Positions 21,347 to 31,851 of a DNA stretch of 40,520 nucleotides are shown here, in pieces. A program made the translations under genes and the position numbers. The stretch is from Malassezia furfur (taxonomy: Eukaryota). The DNA lies in NCBI GenBank assembly GCA_052055015.1, contig JBQJIT010000051.1; one strand, written 5' to 3'. The notes beneath the pieces are model-generated. The model was not told the DNA's origin. It was given only the letters and a program-made list of their open reading frames with translations, and ran no database searches. Position 1 is the first letter of the stretch. Every line of letters starts with the position of its first letter.

Positions 21347-22840
21347 CTACCGCATTTCGACCGAGCCGCTCGACAGCGACGGGACATACTCTAGCGAGAG
21401 CTCCTGGTATGGCTCCGAGTTTTCGTGGAAGTAGAAGCCGCGCATGTGACCGCGCCGGCGCCGGGACACGCGCGGCGCCGACGGGGAGACGGGCGCTGCC
21501 TGCGACGTGTCGGAGCTCATGTCGGCGTCCTCGGAAAGGGTGCGGGTATGCTGTGGGCGCCAGGGCAGCGGCGAAGTCTCGGCGGCCTCGCCGTCTTCGA
21601 GCGCCACACAGATGTAATAGAAACCGGCAAAGCTTGCGCCGTTGATGTTGCGTACACGGTGGTCGGGCACCAGGAACTGCTCTTTCCAGCGCATGAAGAT
21701 GACTGGCTGGTCGAGCGCATTGAAGGGCGCCTTGAGGTCCGGCAGCTGGTCCCGGATCCGCGCAAACTCGGGGAAGCGCGACCAGTGCTTGATGTCGTCT
21801 GCCTCGGTGGCGTCCCACTTGCCCGTCACAAAGCTGTACTTGCTGCCGATGATCTCGGCGTCGAAGTAGGTCGTCAGCTCGGGCCACTCTTTGGTGAGCC
21901 CGCAAATCTTGAGATAGCCGCCGAGCGTCGAGGCAGCCAAATCGACGTTAGTCACTTCCACCGTCACGTTGTAGCTGTTCCGCCCGTTGCGCTGCGTGCC
22001 GACAAACACGGCACCGGGGTATAGGCATCCGCGGATCACTTGGCCCGCGGCGCGTGACAGATCACCGGGCAGGTCGGGTGCGAATGGATCGCTCCAGACG
22101 GGCATGTCGAGGGCGACCTCGCCTGCGCGCTGTTCCGCCGCCTTTGTCTCCTTGCTGGGCGGCGCGTTGTGCGAACAATAGTCGTGCAGGCGCTGTGTGC
22201 TGAGCCGCTTACGCGCCATGAGCCACGGTGCAAACTGCGCCGGATCGCCCTCGCTTATGTCGCGCAGCAGCACTTCAAGCAGATCTTGCATCGACGGATC
22301 CGAGGTAAGCATCCCTGGCCGTGGCTCGTCGGCCGCAGCTTTGCCCTTGCCCGACGCGCCATTCGATGGTGCGTCGGCGGCGCCGTCCTCGCTGGGCCGC
22401 CGCGACGCGGACATATCACCCCCTTCCTCATGCCAGGGGCCTTCGGAATCATCTAGTGTGAGCCGTGGCTGGTTCTGTGCCATCGGCATGAACGGCTGAA
22501 ACTCTTGTGCGAGCGTCTCATCCCATTGCGACTGGCTCCGTGGCAATGTCGAAGTCACCGCGTCGGGCGGATAGTACGACTCGGGGGGTGACGTGGGGAC
22601 ACCATGGTGTGATTCGATGCTCTTGGATACGAGACGCAGACACTGCGCACATACCGCGTCCTCCTCCCGGAGCGTATTCTTTAGCACCTCGGGGGTCATG
22701 CCTTGGGCGGCATTCGCACGACTCGCCACACCACGCGCAACGTCCGCAGGGCCGCAAGTGAAGCTTGAGTCCATTCCATTGGCCGTGAACGATGCACCGC
22801 ACGACGCACACTGTCGTTCTGCGTCGCGGGAACTGCTCAT
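21347..22840 (-). CDS. GID4: GID/CTLH ubiquitin-ligase substrate receptor Gid4/Vid24
   Basis: LYPGAVFVGTQ, GYLKICGLT...LTTYFDAEIIG, DIKHWSRF, IFMRWKEQF, GASFAGFYY, GFYFHENSEPYQELSL. Confidence 0.9.
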   Translation of the reverse strand: MSSSRDAERQCASCGASFTANGMDSSFTCGPADVARGVASRANAAQGMTPEVLKNTLREEDAVCAQCLRLVSKSIESHHGVPTSPPESYYPPDAVTSTLPRSQSQWDETLAQEFQPFMPMAQNQPRLTLDDSEGPWHEEGGDMSASRRPSEDGAADAPSNGASGKGKAAADEPRPGMLTSDPSMQDLLEVLLRDISEGDPAQFAPWLMARKRLSTQRLHDYCSHNAPPSKETKAAEQRAGEVALDMPVWSDPFAPDLPGDLSRAAGQVIRGCLYPGAVFVGTQRNGRNSYNVTVEVTNVDLAASTLGGYLKICGLTKEWPELTTYFDAEIIGSKYSFVTGKWDATEADDIKHWSRFPEFARIRDQLPDLKAPFNALDQPVIFMRWKEQFLVPDHRVRNINGASFAGFYYICVALEDGEAAETSPLPWRPQHTRTLSEDADMSSDTSQAAPVSPSAPRVSRRRRGHMRGFYFHENSEPYQELSLEYVPSLSSGSVEMR

Positions 22841-23092
22841 GTCGCCACTCGTACCGCCGTAGCGCGTCGGTGCGCGTAAGTAGGGGATCGGTACGACCGC
22901 GATTCGGCCGATGCAAAAAATTCGCCGATTTCGTGGAGACGACTCTGCTGCCAGGGTCTAGCCCTGAGCGTCCCAGCTCATCTGCCATGATCTCCTCCCC
23001 CCACCTTCAGATGCTGCAACATCATTCTTGCAAAGGAGGCATCACGAAAGCATCTACAAAAGTTACATGCACCTATCCATTAATGCTAATCC

Positions 23093-23248
23093 CTGTCGGT
23101 CAGTTTTGCTCAACAGCGGAGCGGGTGTGCGTGATTGCTCAGAAAAAAATAGGCAATATAGGTTTGTCCTCGCTTCCCCGAAGGGATCGGATCAGGTCTG
23201 TGTATTTGTTTCATCCTGGCAAACACGCACAGCCCCCCATGTACATAC
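23093..23248 (-). other. 156-nt intron hosting a snoRNA (non-coding host or GID4 5' UTR)
   Basis: AG|GTATGT donor at 23248, branch ACTGAC and CAG acceptor at 23093. No protein frame spans it. Confidence 0.72.
23135..23221 (-). ncRNA. snR56: Box C/D snoRNA, snR56/U25(SNORD25)-like 18S rRNA 2'-O-methylation guide
   Basis: Box C variant AGGATGA (23217-23211), guide CACAGACCTG complementary to conserved 18S CAGGUCUGUG, D' CCGA, a UUCG hairpin, TATTGCCT complementary to adjacent 18S AGGCAAUA, box D CTGA (23142-23139), and terminal stem gtgcgtgtttgc/gcaatcacgcac. Confidence 0.8.
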
Positions 23249-23672
23249 CTTGCTGTCAGCGTCGCTCGCGCGAGTCGACGCGAAAAGACAAAGGGCCTGC
23301 CCTCCCCCAAATCACGTGCTTGACGCGCGACGGCGCACGGCCAAGCGACAACACGTCCACACAACCACACAATCACGCAGCAACGCTCTGCACTCGACCA
23401 AACGTCGTAAGGGTCCGAGATGAAAGACTAGGTGTGTTTCGTCGCTCGTCTGCTATTTGCCTGTCTATCCTCCTCCGCTTCCTAGCACCGAATCTTGATT
23501 TGTTCCTCTTTCGTCAGCAATTTTCCGCGACCCTGATGTGCACACAGAGATTGGTACATCCCCCCCCCGCTTCGGTCGGCCGATTAATGGGCAGCCCTAT
23601 CGGGCTGCAACATGATGCACGTGGCACAGGGAGCCAGCGCGAGATCCACCTACCAACGCAGGCCCGACTCGC

Positions 23673-26285
23673 TCACCGCGTGTCGCTGGCAGACAACGAC
23701 GCGACACTGGCGCGCGCGCGCAGGCCTACGCCTGCGATCGCGTCGGTCTGTGCGGTGCCTGCGCGTGTTGCGGGCCGCTCGGGCGTGCGCACCACGGCCG
23801 CACGCCCCTCAGCAGGGATCGCTCGCGCTACACGTGCCGGGCCCGCCGTGAGCGACGTAGTACTCCGTGCACGTGCCAGGGTACGCTCCGGCACTCGCGA
23901 CCCTGCGCGCACGCTCCCCGTCGGCGCCGCCTTGACCTTCAGCGGCGAAGCGCTCGTTGCAAACATGAACGTGTTGTTGCGCGCACGAGTCTCGCGCGGC
24001 ACGGACGCGGCGTGCACGGCAGGCGACGGCCTGCGCGTCGGCGTCCGTGGCTCGCCGGCGCCCTCGCGCGGCGTGGGTGCCTCGCGTGTGGGCGTGCTGC
24101 ACCGCACGGGATCGGGCGTGCTCAGGTCCTGGCTCTGGTTTCCGTAGGCGTCCAAAATATCGTGGCACAACGTAGAGCCGCCGTCCGTGTCTGCTGTGGT
24201 ATCTGCCGCGCGCGTCGTCGAGGGCGTCTTGGCGGGGGGTGGGTCAAACACGAGCACCACATCGTCGTTCGTCTCGTCGCCGAGCTGGAGCGACGTATCC
24301 TGCGTCGCGTCCGTATCGAACGATGCGTCGGTGGGCCGGCGCACGTCGCGCTGCGCCTTGTACCACGACGCGCGCGGCCGCACCTGGGTCTGCGGCAATG
24401 TCCCGAGCTCGATGCCGAGGCCCGCCGGCGGCGTCTCGCTGATGCTCGGCGCGTACGGCGAGCTGCGTCGTGCCGTGGCGCTGCGGATTGCGCTGTTGAT
24501 AAAGTCGAGTGAGCGCCGGTGCTGCGCGGTGCGCTCCGACGGCACCTCCCGCGCGGGCAGCGTCGCAGCCGGCGACGGGAGCAGGTGCCCCGACGCCGAC
24601 ATGAACGTACGCGGGCTGCGCAGTGCTTCCATCGACCGCACACGCTCGACCATCTGGCCCTGGTCGGGCTGCAGACCCATGGTGTAGTCCAGCAAGTTGA
24701 CCCCTGCAAAGCTCCGCTTCACGGGCGGCGGATCGAGCGAAACAAAGTGCACAATGCGCAGCGGCAACTCGACCGCCACGCGTGGCTCGTCGCCGGTGCC
24801 CACGCCGATGCGCAGCGTGTACCGCACGTCGATATGCCGGCTCTTCTCGATCGTCAGCGCGTCGTTGGGGAGCACGATCGAGTGCCCAAAGTGCGCTGGC
24901 GGGCCCGGGCGCACGCCTGCCCACCAGTGCCCCGCATTGTCACCGTTGGCGTTCAGCGTCTGTTTCCAGAGCGTGCGTGTGGTGTGCGACACGCTATAGT
25001 CCTCGCTCGCGTCGCTTCGCGAGCGGTGCAGGGTCTCGGTGCACTGCAGCGAGACGTGCAGCAGGTGCATGGTCTCTGCGGCGCGGTTCAGCACGCTCAT
25101 GTCAAAGTACACGCGCTGCCCGGCGACCCACGTCTCGCGGTGCAGCGCCGCGGCGAGGCGCACCTGCGCGTCGGACGCCTGTTCGAGGATGGGCCGCGTG
25201 GCGCTCGCGAGCACCTCGGTAGGGTTTAGGTAGGGGTACAAGTCCATCTTTTGGAAGCAGTGGGCGATCCCGCCCTGGTGCTCGCCAAAGGAGCGCACGC
25301 GCACCGACGCAATCGCAATGTACCCAATCTCAGCCTGCTCGCTCCGGTAGCTGCCTTTGGCGCCACGCGCGATGGGCAGCTGCAGCGTGAATGGCAGCAC
25401 ATGCGTGCCCTCCTTCCCGAGGTAGAAGCCATCGGCGTCCGGCAGCGATGCGTAGCAGGGCAGCAGCGGCTGCGTGCTGCCCTGTGGCTGCGACAGCGCT
25501 GGCGACCCATGCAGCACGTATGGCTCCGAGGGCCCGTCGATGCTGCGGTCGCCGTCGATCACGGACGCGTGGTGGTAAAAGACGTGCCGCACCTCCTCGC
25601 CGGGTAGCGCCTCGTACCCGATCAGCCGCACGCGCGGCTGTGCAAGTAGCATCGCTGTCTCGGGGCTCGTATGTGCCGGGAGCCGCAGGCGGATACAGCC
25701 CTGCAGGCAGCCGCCTTCCACCGCGCGGTCCTCTTCCAAGAAGATCTCGATGCCCACGCGCCGGTCGCGCTCGAGCGGGAGCATCGGCGTGGTCTGTGGC
25801 TTGCTCGGCAGCTCCGGCGCGGTGCGTGGTTCGTGGAAGGCGCCGAGCGACGCGGGGAGAAAGGGTGTCGCATTGCGCGCATGTGACAAAGCGAGCGGCG
25901 TCGAAGACTTCTGCGCCATGTAGGCAGACATATCGCTGCGTGGCGAGTTTTGCTCGCTCGGCGTCTCGGCACGCACCACCAGCTGCGCGTGCTGCACGCC
26001 GTCCATGGACGGCGACAGGGCGCACGCCGTGGGCTTCGGTGGGAGCAGATGCTGCATCGGCGCGCTTGGCAGCTGGCGCGGTACGGGCGGGAGTGTGTTG
26101 GTCACCGCACGGTTCTCGCGGAGCGGCGCACACGGCAGGCGCGCGGGCGCCGCGTCGTTCGGCGCGTGGCCCGTCGTCGCGGAGCGCGCGAGGTGCGCGT
26201 GCCGGCGCGTCGACTTGCCCACGCTCGCCGCTGGCGCCGCGACGGGCTCGTCTAGGGACCCAAAGTCGATGCCCAGTCCTGCCAT
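23673..26285 (-). CDS. Arrestin-fold (alpha-arrestin-like) protein with long disordered termini
   Basis: HVLPFTLQLP..GSY..IGYIAIASVRV (arrestin-N-like). LHRETWVAGQRVYFDMSVLN and IDVRYTLRIGV..VELPLRIV (arrestin-C-like). Confidence 0.72.
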   Translation of the reverse strand: MAGLGIDFGSLDEPVAAPAASVGKSTRRHAHLARSATTGHAPNDAAPARLPCAPLRENRAVTNTLPPVPRQLPSAPMQHLLPPKPTACALSPSMDGVQHAQLVVRAETPSEQNSPRSDMSAYMAQKSSTPLALSHARNATPFLPASLGAFHEPRTAPELPSKPQTTPMLPLERDRRVGIEIFLEEDRAVEGGCLQGCIRLRLPAHTSPETAMLLAQPRVRLIGYEALPGEEVRHVFYHHASVIDGDRSIDGPSEPYVLHGSPALSQPQGSTQPLLPCYASLPDADGFYLGKEGTHVLPFTLQLPIARGAKGSYRSEQAEIGYIAIASVRVRSFGEHQGGIAHCFQKMDLYPYLNPTEVLASATRPILEQASDAQVRLAAALHRETWVAGQRVYFDMSVLNRAAETMHLLHVSLQCTETLHRSRSDASEDYSVSHTTRTLWKQTLNANGDNAGHWWAGVRPGPPAHFGHSIVLPNDALTIEKSRHIDVRYTLRIGVGTGDEPRVAVELPLRIVHFVSLDPPPVKRSFAGVNLLDYTMGLQPDQGQMVERVRSMEALRSPRTFMSASGHLLPSPAATLPAREVPSERTAQHRRSLDFINSAIRSATARRSSPYAPSISETPPAGLGIELGTLPQTQVRPRASWYKAQRDVRRPTDASFDTDATQDTSLQLGDETNDDVVLVFDPPPAKTPSTTRAADTTADTDGGSTLCHDILDAYGNQSQDLSTPDPVRCSTPTREAPTPREGAGEPRTPTRRPSPAVHAASVPRETRARNNTFMFATSASPLKVKAAPTGSVRAGSRVPERTLARARSTTSLTAGPARVARAIPAEGRAAVVRTPERPATRAGTAQTDAIAGVGLRARASVASLSASDTR

Positions 26286-26448
26286 CCGACGCACAACGTG
26301 GAGAGGAAGCGCCGGTTGTGTGTGTTGATGTGGGTGTCTGCACGGCCCTGCACGCCGCGTGGCGCGCCCAAACACACACGAGCAATTTTCCGAACAACAT
26401 CTACACCTCCACATGGGGATTCCTATTGCGGCAAAGGCAGTGACTTGG

Positions 26449-29264
26449 CTACGCGTCCTGGCCGGGCGTCGTCGCGGCCGAGGTGAGCCGCATCAAGGCC
26501 TCGGTCGCGCGTGTCGGCGTACGGGGGGTGGCGAGCGGCAGCGCGCTGCCGTCCTTGGTGAGCACCCGCTGCGGTGCATCCGCGCGCGGCTGCCACGGCG
26601 CGCCGACTCCGCTGCTGCCGCTGCTCTTGCGCGGCGTGCGAATCTCGGCGCTGCGCGCGGGCAGCCACGGCGACCGCGACGTGAGCAGCTGCGCGGCCAA
26701 CAGCGCGTCCACATCCTCCCACGCCTCCACGTCCACCCAACTGTACGCAGTGCCGGGCGGCAGGCGGAGGGCGTCGCCCGCCGTCGCTTCGTGCGTCTCG
26801 AGACGCGTGACGCGCGCCACGAGCCAGTCGCGCCCGGCGGTGGCGCGGCGCAGCGCCTCAGTCATGCGCAGGTAGCAGTACGGGTTGTGTAGCTGAAACG
26901 CCATCCATCGCGCGTCGCGCGTCTGCGCGGGCAGGAAGAGTGCCACGTCGCCAGGCGCAACATGGTCCAGCGACAGAGGCGCCTGCGCCGCGGCGGCTAC
27001 GCGCGTCTGCAGCCGGCGAATGTGCGCCACAAGCCACTCCATACGCCCGTGCACGTCGTCCAAGAAGCGATCTGGGTCCAGCGTCTGGAGCGCCGCGCGC
27101 GCGTCGGCGTCCGACAGCTCTTGGACGTGCACGGCGGGCGGATGCAGCGCATCCGGTGCGCACGCGTACTGGTGCAGCGCCGTGACGCGTGCGAGCAACG
27201 CGCCAACGTACGACCACTCGCGCTGTTCGCCGCGCAGCTTTTCCTGCACGCCGCTTAGCTCTGAACGCGCTTGCTCGAGCGTTTGGGTATCGACGACGTG
27301 TAGGGCACTGAGCCGCTCACTGATGCGCTCGAGCTCGGTGTGGATCTGCGTGCGCTGGGCACCCGCCTCGTGCGCACTTGCCTCCAGTCGCGAGTGTGCC
27401 AGGCTCGCGGCGCGCTGCAATGCGGCGCGCTCCTCGCTCCACTCGGCCGTGCGGCGCTGCAGCTCCTCCTCGAGCCGCTCGGAGCGCTGCTGCGCGATCT
27501 GGAGCTGCCGTCGCAGCGTGTCGCTGAGCTGCTGCGAAGGCGTGGGCGAGTGCCGCGACGCTTCAGAGGCGTCGTCCGACTCGTCCTCGTTCAGGTGCAG
27601 CTCGCGCGCGGCGATCGCCGTAAACGTCGCCTCGGTGCGATCGAGTCGTGCCATGTAGTTCTGCAGCTCGGTGCGCACCTCGCTGATCAGTACCGCGGGC
27701 GCCGCGTGGTGCGTCTCGTGCTCGAGCACGCGCAGCCGCTCCAGAAACGCATCGAGGTCCTGGCGCGTAAGCGCATGCGTGTCGTTGGTGTCGCGCCGGC
27801 GCGTGGTCACGTCGAGCACAGGCGGCTGCATTTCAAGGACGAGCTCGAATGGCAGCTGCGACGCGATGTTTGTCGCGTACTCCATGCGCGCTGCGCGCTC
27901 CGACTCGGTGAACTGCGCCATGAGTTCGGCGAGGCGCTGGGCCTTATCCATGAACAGCGGCGTGAACTCGGTGCGGCGCACGCCCTCGACGAGCGAAGCG
28001 CCGTAGGCCCAGAGCATTTTTTTCAGCCGTTGCAACCGCTTGAATCCGTCAAGCTTCGGCGAGGCGAGAGCCGTATCGATCTCGGCCAGCGCCGCACCGA
28101 GGTCCGCGTAGTCGGACTGCAGACTGCTGATGTCTTGGACGAGATTCAGGTGCCGATGAACCAGCTCGTTGCGGTCCGACACGAGGTACGCCAGATTTTG
28201 TGTGGCTCGCGCGCAGTAGGCATCAATGCGCGCCGCCGTGCGGTTTACGTCGGTGGTATGCTCCAGCGTGCGCTTCGAATGCGCCGACAGATGCTCGTTG
28301 TCGTCCGGCGTGCTCTCATGTGGCACCTCCAGCTCACGCACGGCCTCAAGGGTACACTGGTACACCTCGCGGATCTGTGCCAGGGTCTCGGTGGATGGCT
28401 CAATGTGCGTATGGTTGATCTCGCCGACCAGGTCGGCGAGGTCCACGGCGAGCTGTACTTCGACTTGGACGGTATTGGCGTAGCGCGTTTGGAGCTCAGC
28501 AAGTTGCGCGCGACAGTCCTCTGCAGTCGTACGGATCTTCCGCGCGTCGACAAAATCGCCCAGCGTCGGCGGCTTGGCGTTCCGCGCAACGGGCTTGGCC
28601 AGCAGCTTGGCCTCGATGGGGACACGAGAAAGGATGTACAGGTCGTGCTCGTATCGTTGCAACAGCTCCTCCATCGAGCCAAGTTCCTTGGACGCAATCT
28701 CTTCGAGCGTCTTGATGGCGTGCTTGATTGTCACCGTGTGAGCCTGCAGGTTGGCAAGTGCAACGCGGGTGCTGGTGTGGATGCGCTCAATGCATGCATG
28801 CATGTCGCATGCCGTGTTATACTGCGTCTCGACCCTGTGCTGCACTTCGCGTGCCCACGCAAGCATATCGCGCAGTGCCGGCGACGTGGCCGGCAGCGCG
28901 ACGTGCGGTGGGGTCAGCTCCGGCTGCGGGTCCAACTCGAGCTCGAGCTGCGGCGCGATTGCATCGAGATCGGCATAGAGCAGCTTGCGGTCAAACACGT
29001 AAAATTCCTGTGTAAGTGCCACCACGAACCAGGTCTGCATCCCGCTCATACGCGAGCAGCTCGTCCATCGCGGCCTCGTTCACCTGGACCCCCTGCCTGG
29101 TGATGCAGATAATCGAGTCGTACAGGATCCCGGTCGCAAGCGACACGCAGTCGAGAAAGTGCTCCAGCCTGTGTGAGCCCATGCGCCTGGACGTACGTGC
29201 GAAACTGCCATAGTGTCTGCTTCACCTCGATCTCCCGGCCGCAGTACGACACCACCAGACGCAT
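26449..29264 (-). CDS. ATG11: Selective-autophagy scaffold Atg11; introns 29169-29196 and 29008-29029
   Basis: Coiled-coil body and claw domain (GDVALFLP...WMAF...PYCYL...DWLVARV), N-terminal EFYVFDR. Spliced length 921 aa. Confidence 0.87.
29008..29029 (-). other. Intron, 22 nt (ATG11 intron 2)
   Basis: GTTCGTggtggcACTTACaCAG; the donor that keeps exon 2 in frame with EFYVFDR. Confidence 0.72.
29169..29196 (-). other. Intron, 28 nt (ATG11 intron 1)
   Basis: GTACGTccaggcgcatggGCTCACaCAG; gives WQFRTLEHFLD. Confidence 0.78.
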
Positions 29265-29349
29265 CGCGGCGCACGGCGCATCGAGGGACCGTGCGGAGCA
29301 CTTCGCTGACACAATGCTGAATAATTTACTGACCGTCTTCTGCACCACG

Positions 29350-30363
29350 ATGGTTTGGCGTGTGGGAAGCACGGCGGCACGCGCTGCGCCGCGCGTCCTT
29401 GGGCGGCGCATGCAGTCGCAATGGAAGCCAGCCGTCGAGAAGGGCAAGATGCCTGCGTATGATGAGGCACTGGCGTTTGTGCAGGCCGATTCGGCTGCGC
29501 AGCGCGAGCGCCTTGCCGACGCGAAGAAACAGTCGGACGTCTCCCCTCAGCTCGTTGATGCACTCGAAGTCGCATCGGAGATCAATCTCCCCGAAGTCCG
29601 CGCTGCATTCCTACAGGGACAGGGTGACCTGAGCAGGCCCGTCTACCGGCACCTGCGTGAGCAGGCCTGGCGCCTTGGCGGCGCCCTCGACCGGCTCGTG
29701 GAGCGTGCGACGTTGATGCACATTCTCCCGGACGTTGTACCGAACATCACGTTCGAAGCGGACCTGCAGGTGGCTTTCGGCACGGGCGCGGGCATCGGGG
29801 ACCACGGCGGCAGCGGAGGCGACGTCCTGCCCGGCGTCTTCTTGCCCGTGGCCTCGACGCGCGACGCACCGCGCATCACTGCAACCGTGTTCCACCCCGA
29901 GGAGCGCCGCTATACACTGATGCTTGTCGATCCGGACAGGCCGAGTGAGGAGAGTGAGTCGTACGAGACGTTTGTGCACTGGCTCGTGCAGGACATTCCG
30001 CTCTCTGCGACGCAGTCGAGCCTGCCCGAGACGCTCTCCGAGGCGCTCCCCTACATTCCGCCGCACCCGCAGCAGGGCACGCCGTACCACCGCTACACGA
30101 TGCTGCTCTTTGAACAGACGCAGCCCGTGCAGCGGAGCCAGGTGCCGCGCACGCCTTTCCAGGTATCGGCCTTTGCGGAACAGCACGGCCTCGAGCTCCG
30201 TGGGCTGCACTTCTGGCGTGCCAAGTGGTCGACGGAGAACCGCGAGGCGATTAGCTCCATCTACCGCGAGGTGCTGGATGAGGCCGAGCCGCGCTACGGC
30301 TATGTGCCGCGGCAGGACAAGCTGAAGGACGTCCTGGGTGTGCGTCACAGCAAGTACTACTAG
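29350..30363 (+). CDS. MRPL35: Mitochondrial large-subunit ribosomal protein mL38 (PEBP domain)
   Basis: Arg-rich presequence, PAYDEALAF, DLSRPVYRHL, YTLMLVDPD, YIPPHPQQGTPYHRY. Confidence 0.9.
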   Translation: MVWRVGSTAARAAPRVLGRRMQSQWKPAVEKGKMPAYDEALAFVQADSAAQRERLADAKKQSDVSPQLVDALEVASEINLPEVRAAFLQGQGDLSRPVYRHLREQAWRLGGALDRLVERATLMHILPDVVPNITFEADLQVAFGTGAGIGDHGGSGGDVLPGVFLPVASTRDAPRITATVFHPEERRYTLMLVDPDRPSEESESYETFVHWLVQDIPLSATQSSLPETLSEALPYIPPHPQQGTPYHRYTMLLFEQTQPVQRSQVPRTPFQVSAFAEQHGLELRGLHFWRAKWSTENREAISSIYREVLDEAEPRYGYVPRQDKLKDVLGVRHSKYY

Positions 30364-30374
30364 AACAAAATAGA

Positions 30375-31784
30375 TTAAAAGAACTGCTTGTCTGCGCCGT
30401 TCCCGCGCGTCACGCGGCCCTCTTCGAACAGGTTCTGCGGGCGGAAGGGCCACTTTTCAAACACCACGGCTAGCGCTGCCCACTGCTCGTTGGTGAGCTG
30501 GACAACGGGGGTGTCGGGGAGAATCACCTCGTGTGGCCGGTCTTGCATGCCGGGGCGGTCAGGCGCAAGCATTTTGAGGATATTGGCCGCGCCAGGCGCG
30601 ACGTGCTTGAGCGCCTCCGAAATCGGCTTCGTCTTGAGCACGAACAGGTTCCGTGTGAGGAATTCGAACGCGTCCAAGTCACGGCTTTTCACCAGCAAGT
30701 GCTTCAGCGGGTCAATGCTCAGCACAGCAAGATTGCGCTTTGACAGGCCGGACGAGATGTTGGCGTTGGGAATAAAGGTGTTGGTGATCGGCACACGAGG
30801 GCCGATCGACGGGGTGGGGGGGTAAAAGTAGTCACCATACGGCTGCAACTGGTCGCTCGAGATGAGCAGCTCGGGCGTGGACAGGCATTGCACAGTCGTA
30901 CCGAGCTTGGCGCGGTCGCGTGAGTTTGCAGGCGTCGCGAGCGCACGTGTCGCAACCGTCTCACCACACACAAACACCATCTTGACGCGGCCGTACTGGA
31001 ACAGCCAGAACCCAGACGAGATGGCATGCACGAGTTGCGCAAAGAGTTGCTCGCCATGCACCGTGTTGGGGATCTGAGCGACAAACACCAGTGGGCTCGT
31101 TGCCTCCCAGTCCATGGGCGGTGCATTCGGCCCCAAGTTGGGAATCTGGTTCTCGAGATTCGAGAGATAGCCATCGTTAACGAGCGTCTCGTAAGTGTCC
31201 CATACGAATCCAGACTGCGGCAGGATATGCAGCTTGTCGTGGTTGCCCTCCAGTGTCGGGTCCACTTTGAGCTCTTCGAGGCACGGCAAAAAAGTGGGCA
31301 CATTCTCGAGTGCCACGACCCGCTCGACGTTCGGGTGCTGCATCAGCTCGCGTGTCAGTGTCCCCGGGCCCGCGTAGGCCTCAACGACAGTCGCTTTGCG
31401 GCCTGCGCGACTCGGATCGTCCAGGCCGATCTTGGACACAATCTCCTTTGCCGTCTCCTGTCGCGACACAAAGTAGCGGTGCCGCGCAAAGTTGTCCTTC
31501 GTGAAGCTAAATTTTTGCTTCCACGTAGCTGGGTGCGGCAGGTGGCTGTGACAAAAGGGTGCATCCTCCTCGGCGATGCTCGACGTGTTCTTGTACATCG
31601 GCTCCGCCGAGAAGTTCAGCGCAGCCTTCGTGCGCCGTTTCCGCCGCTCACCCTCTGGCTTGGCGCGCGTGCTCTGCTTCGTATTGACGTCTGTCAGAAG
31701 CGTCCGCGCATGTACCGCCGCCGGAGCGCGCACCGGCACGGCACGCGCGAGGCGCACAGTCAGCCGTGGCAGTCGAGACAGCAT
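30375..31784 (-). CDS. MTF1: Mitochondrial transcription specificity factor (rRNA adenine dimethylase fold)
   Basis: Presequence MLSRLPRL, VVEAYAGPGTLTREL, WDTYETL, WLFQYGRV, and C-terminal LTNEQW...FEKWPFRP. Confidence 0.8.
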   Translation of the reverse strand: MLSRLPRLTVRLARAVPVRAPAAVHARTLLTDVNTKQSTRAKPEGERRKRRTKAALNFSAEPMYKNTSSIAEEDAPFCHSHLPHPATWKQKFSFTKDNFARHRYFVSRQETAKEIVSKIGLDDPSRAGRKATVVEAYAGPGTLTRELMQHPNVERVVALENVPTFLPCLEELKVDPTLEGNHDKLHILPQSGFVWDTYETLVNDGYLSNLENQIPNLGPNAPPMDWEATSPLVFVAQIPNTVHGEQLFAQLVHAISSGFWLFQYGRVKMVFVCGETVATRALATPANSRDRAKLGTTVQCLSTPELLISSDQLQPYGDYFYPPTPSIGPRVPITNTFIPNANISSGLSKRNLAVLSIDPLKHLLVKSRDLDAFEFLTRNLFVLKTKPISEALKHVAPGAANILKMLAPDRPGMQDRPHEVILPDTPVVQLTNEQWAALAVVFEKWPFRPQNLFEEGRVTRGNGADKQFF

Positions 31785-31851
31785 GGCGTCTGAAACCGAA
31801 AATCGTCGCGCTGAGCTAAGCACACACGCTGGTGCGACTCCTCCACCGACG

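Noticed and set aside
23407..23431. Possible 25-nt intron GTAAGG...ACTAG on the plus strand
   Set aside because: No CTNAY branch site and no reading frame to test it against.
23436..23550. Hammerhead-like CTGACGA...GAAA (minus strand) and U6-like ACAGAGA (plus strand)
   Set aside because: The required stems and flanking U6 sequence are absent.
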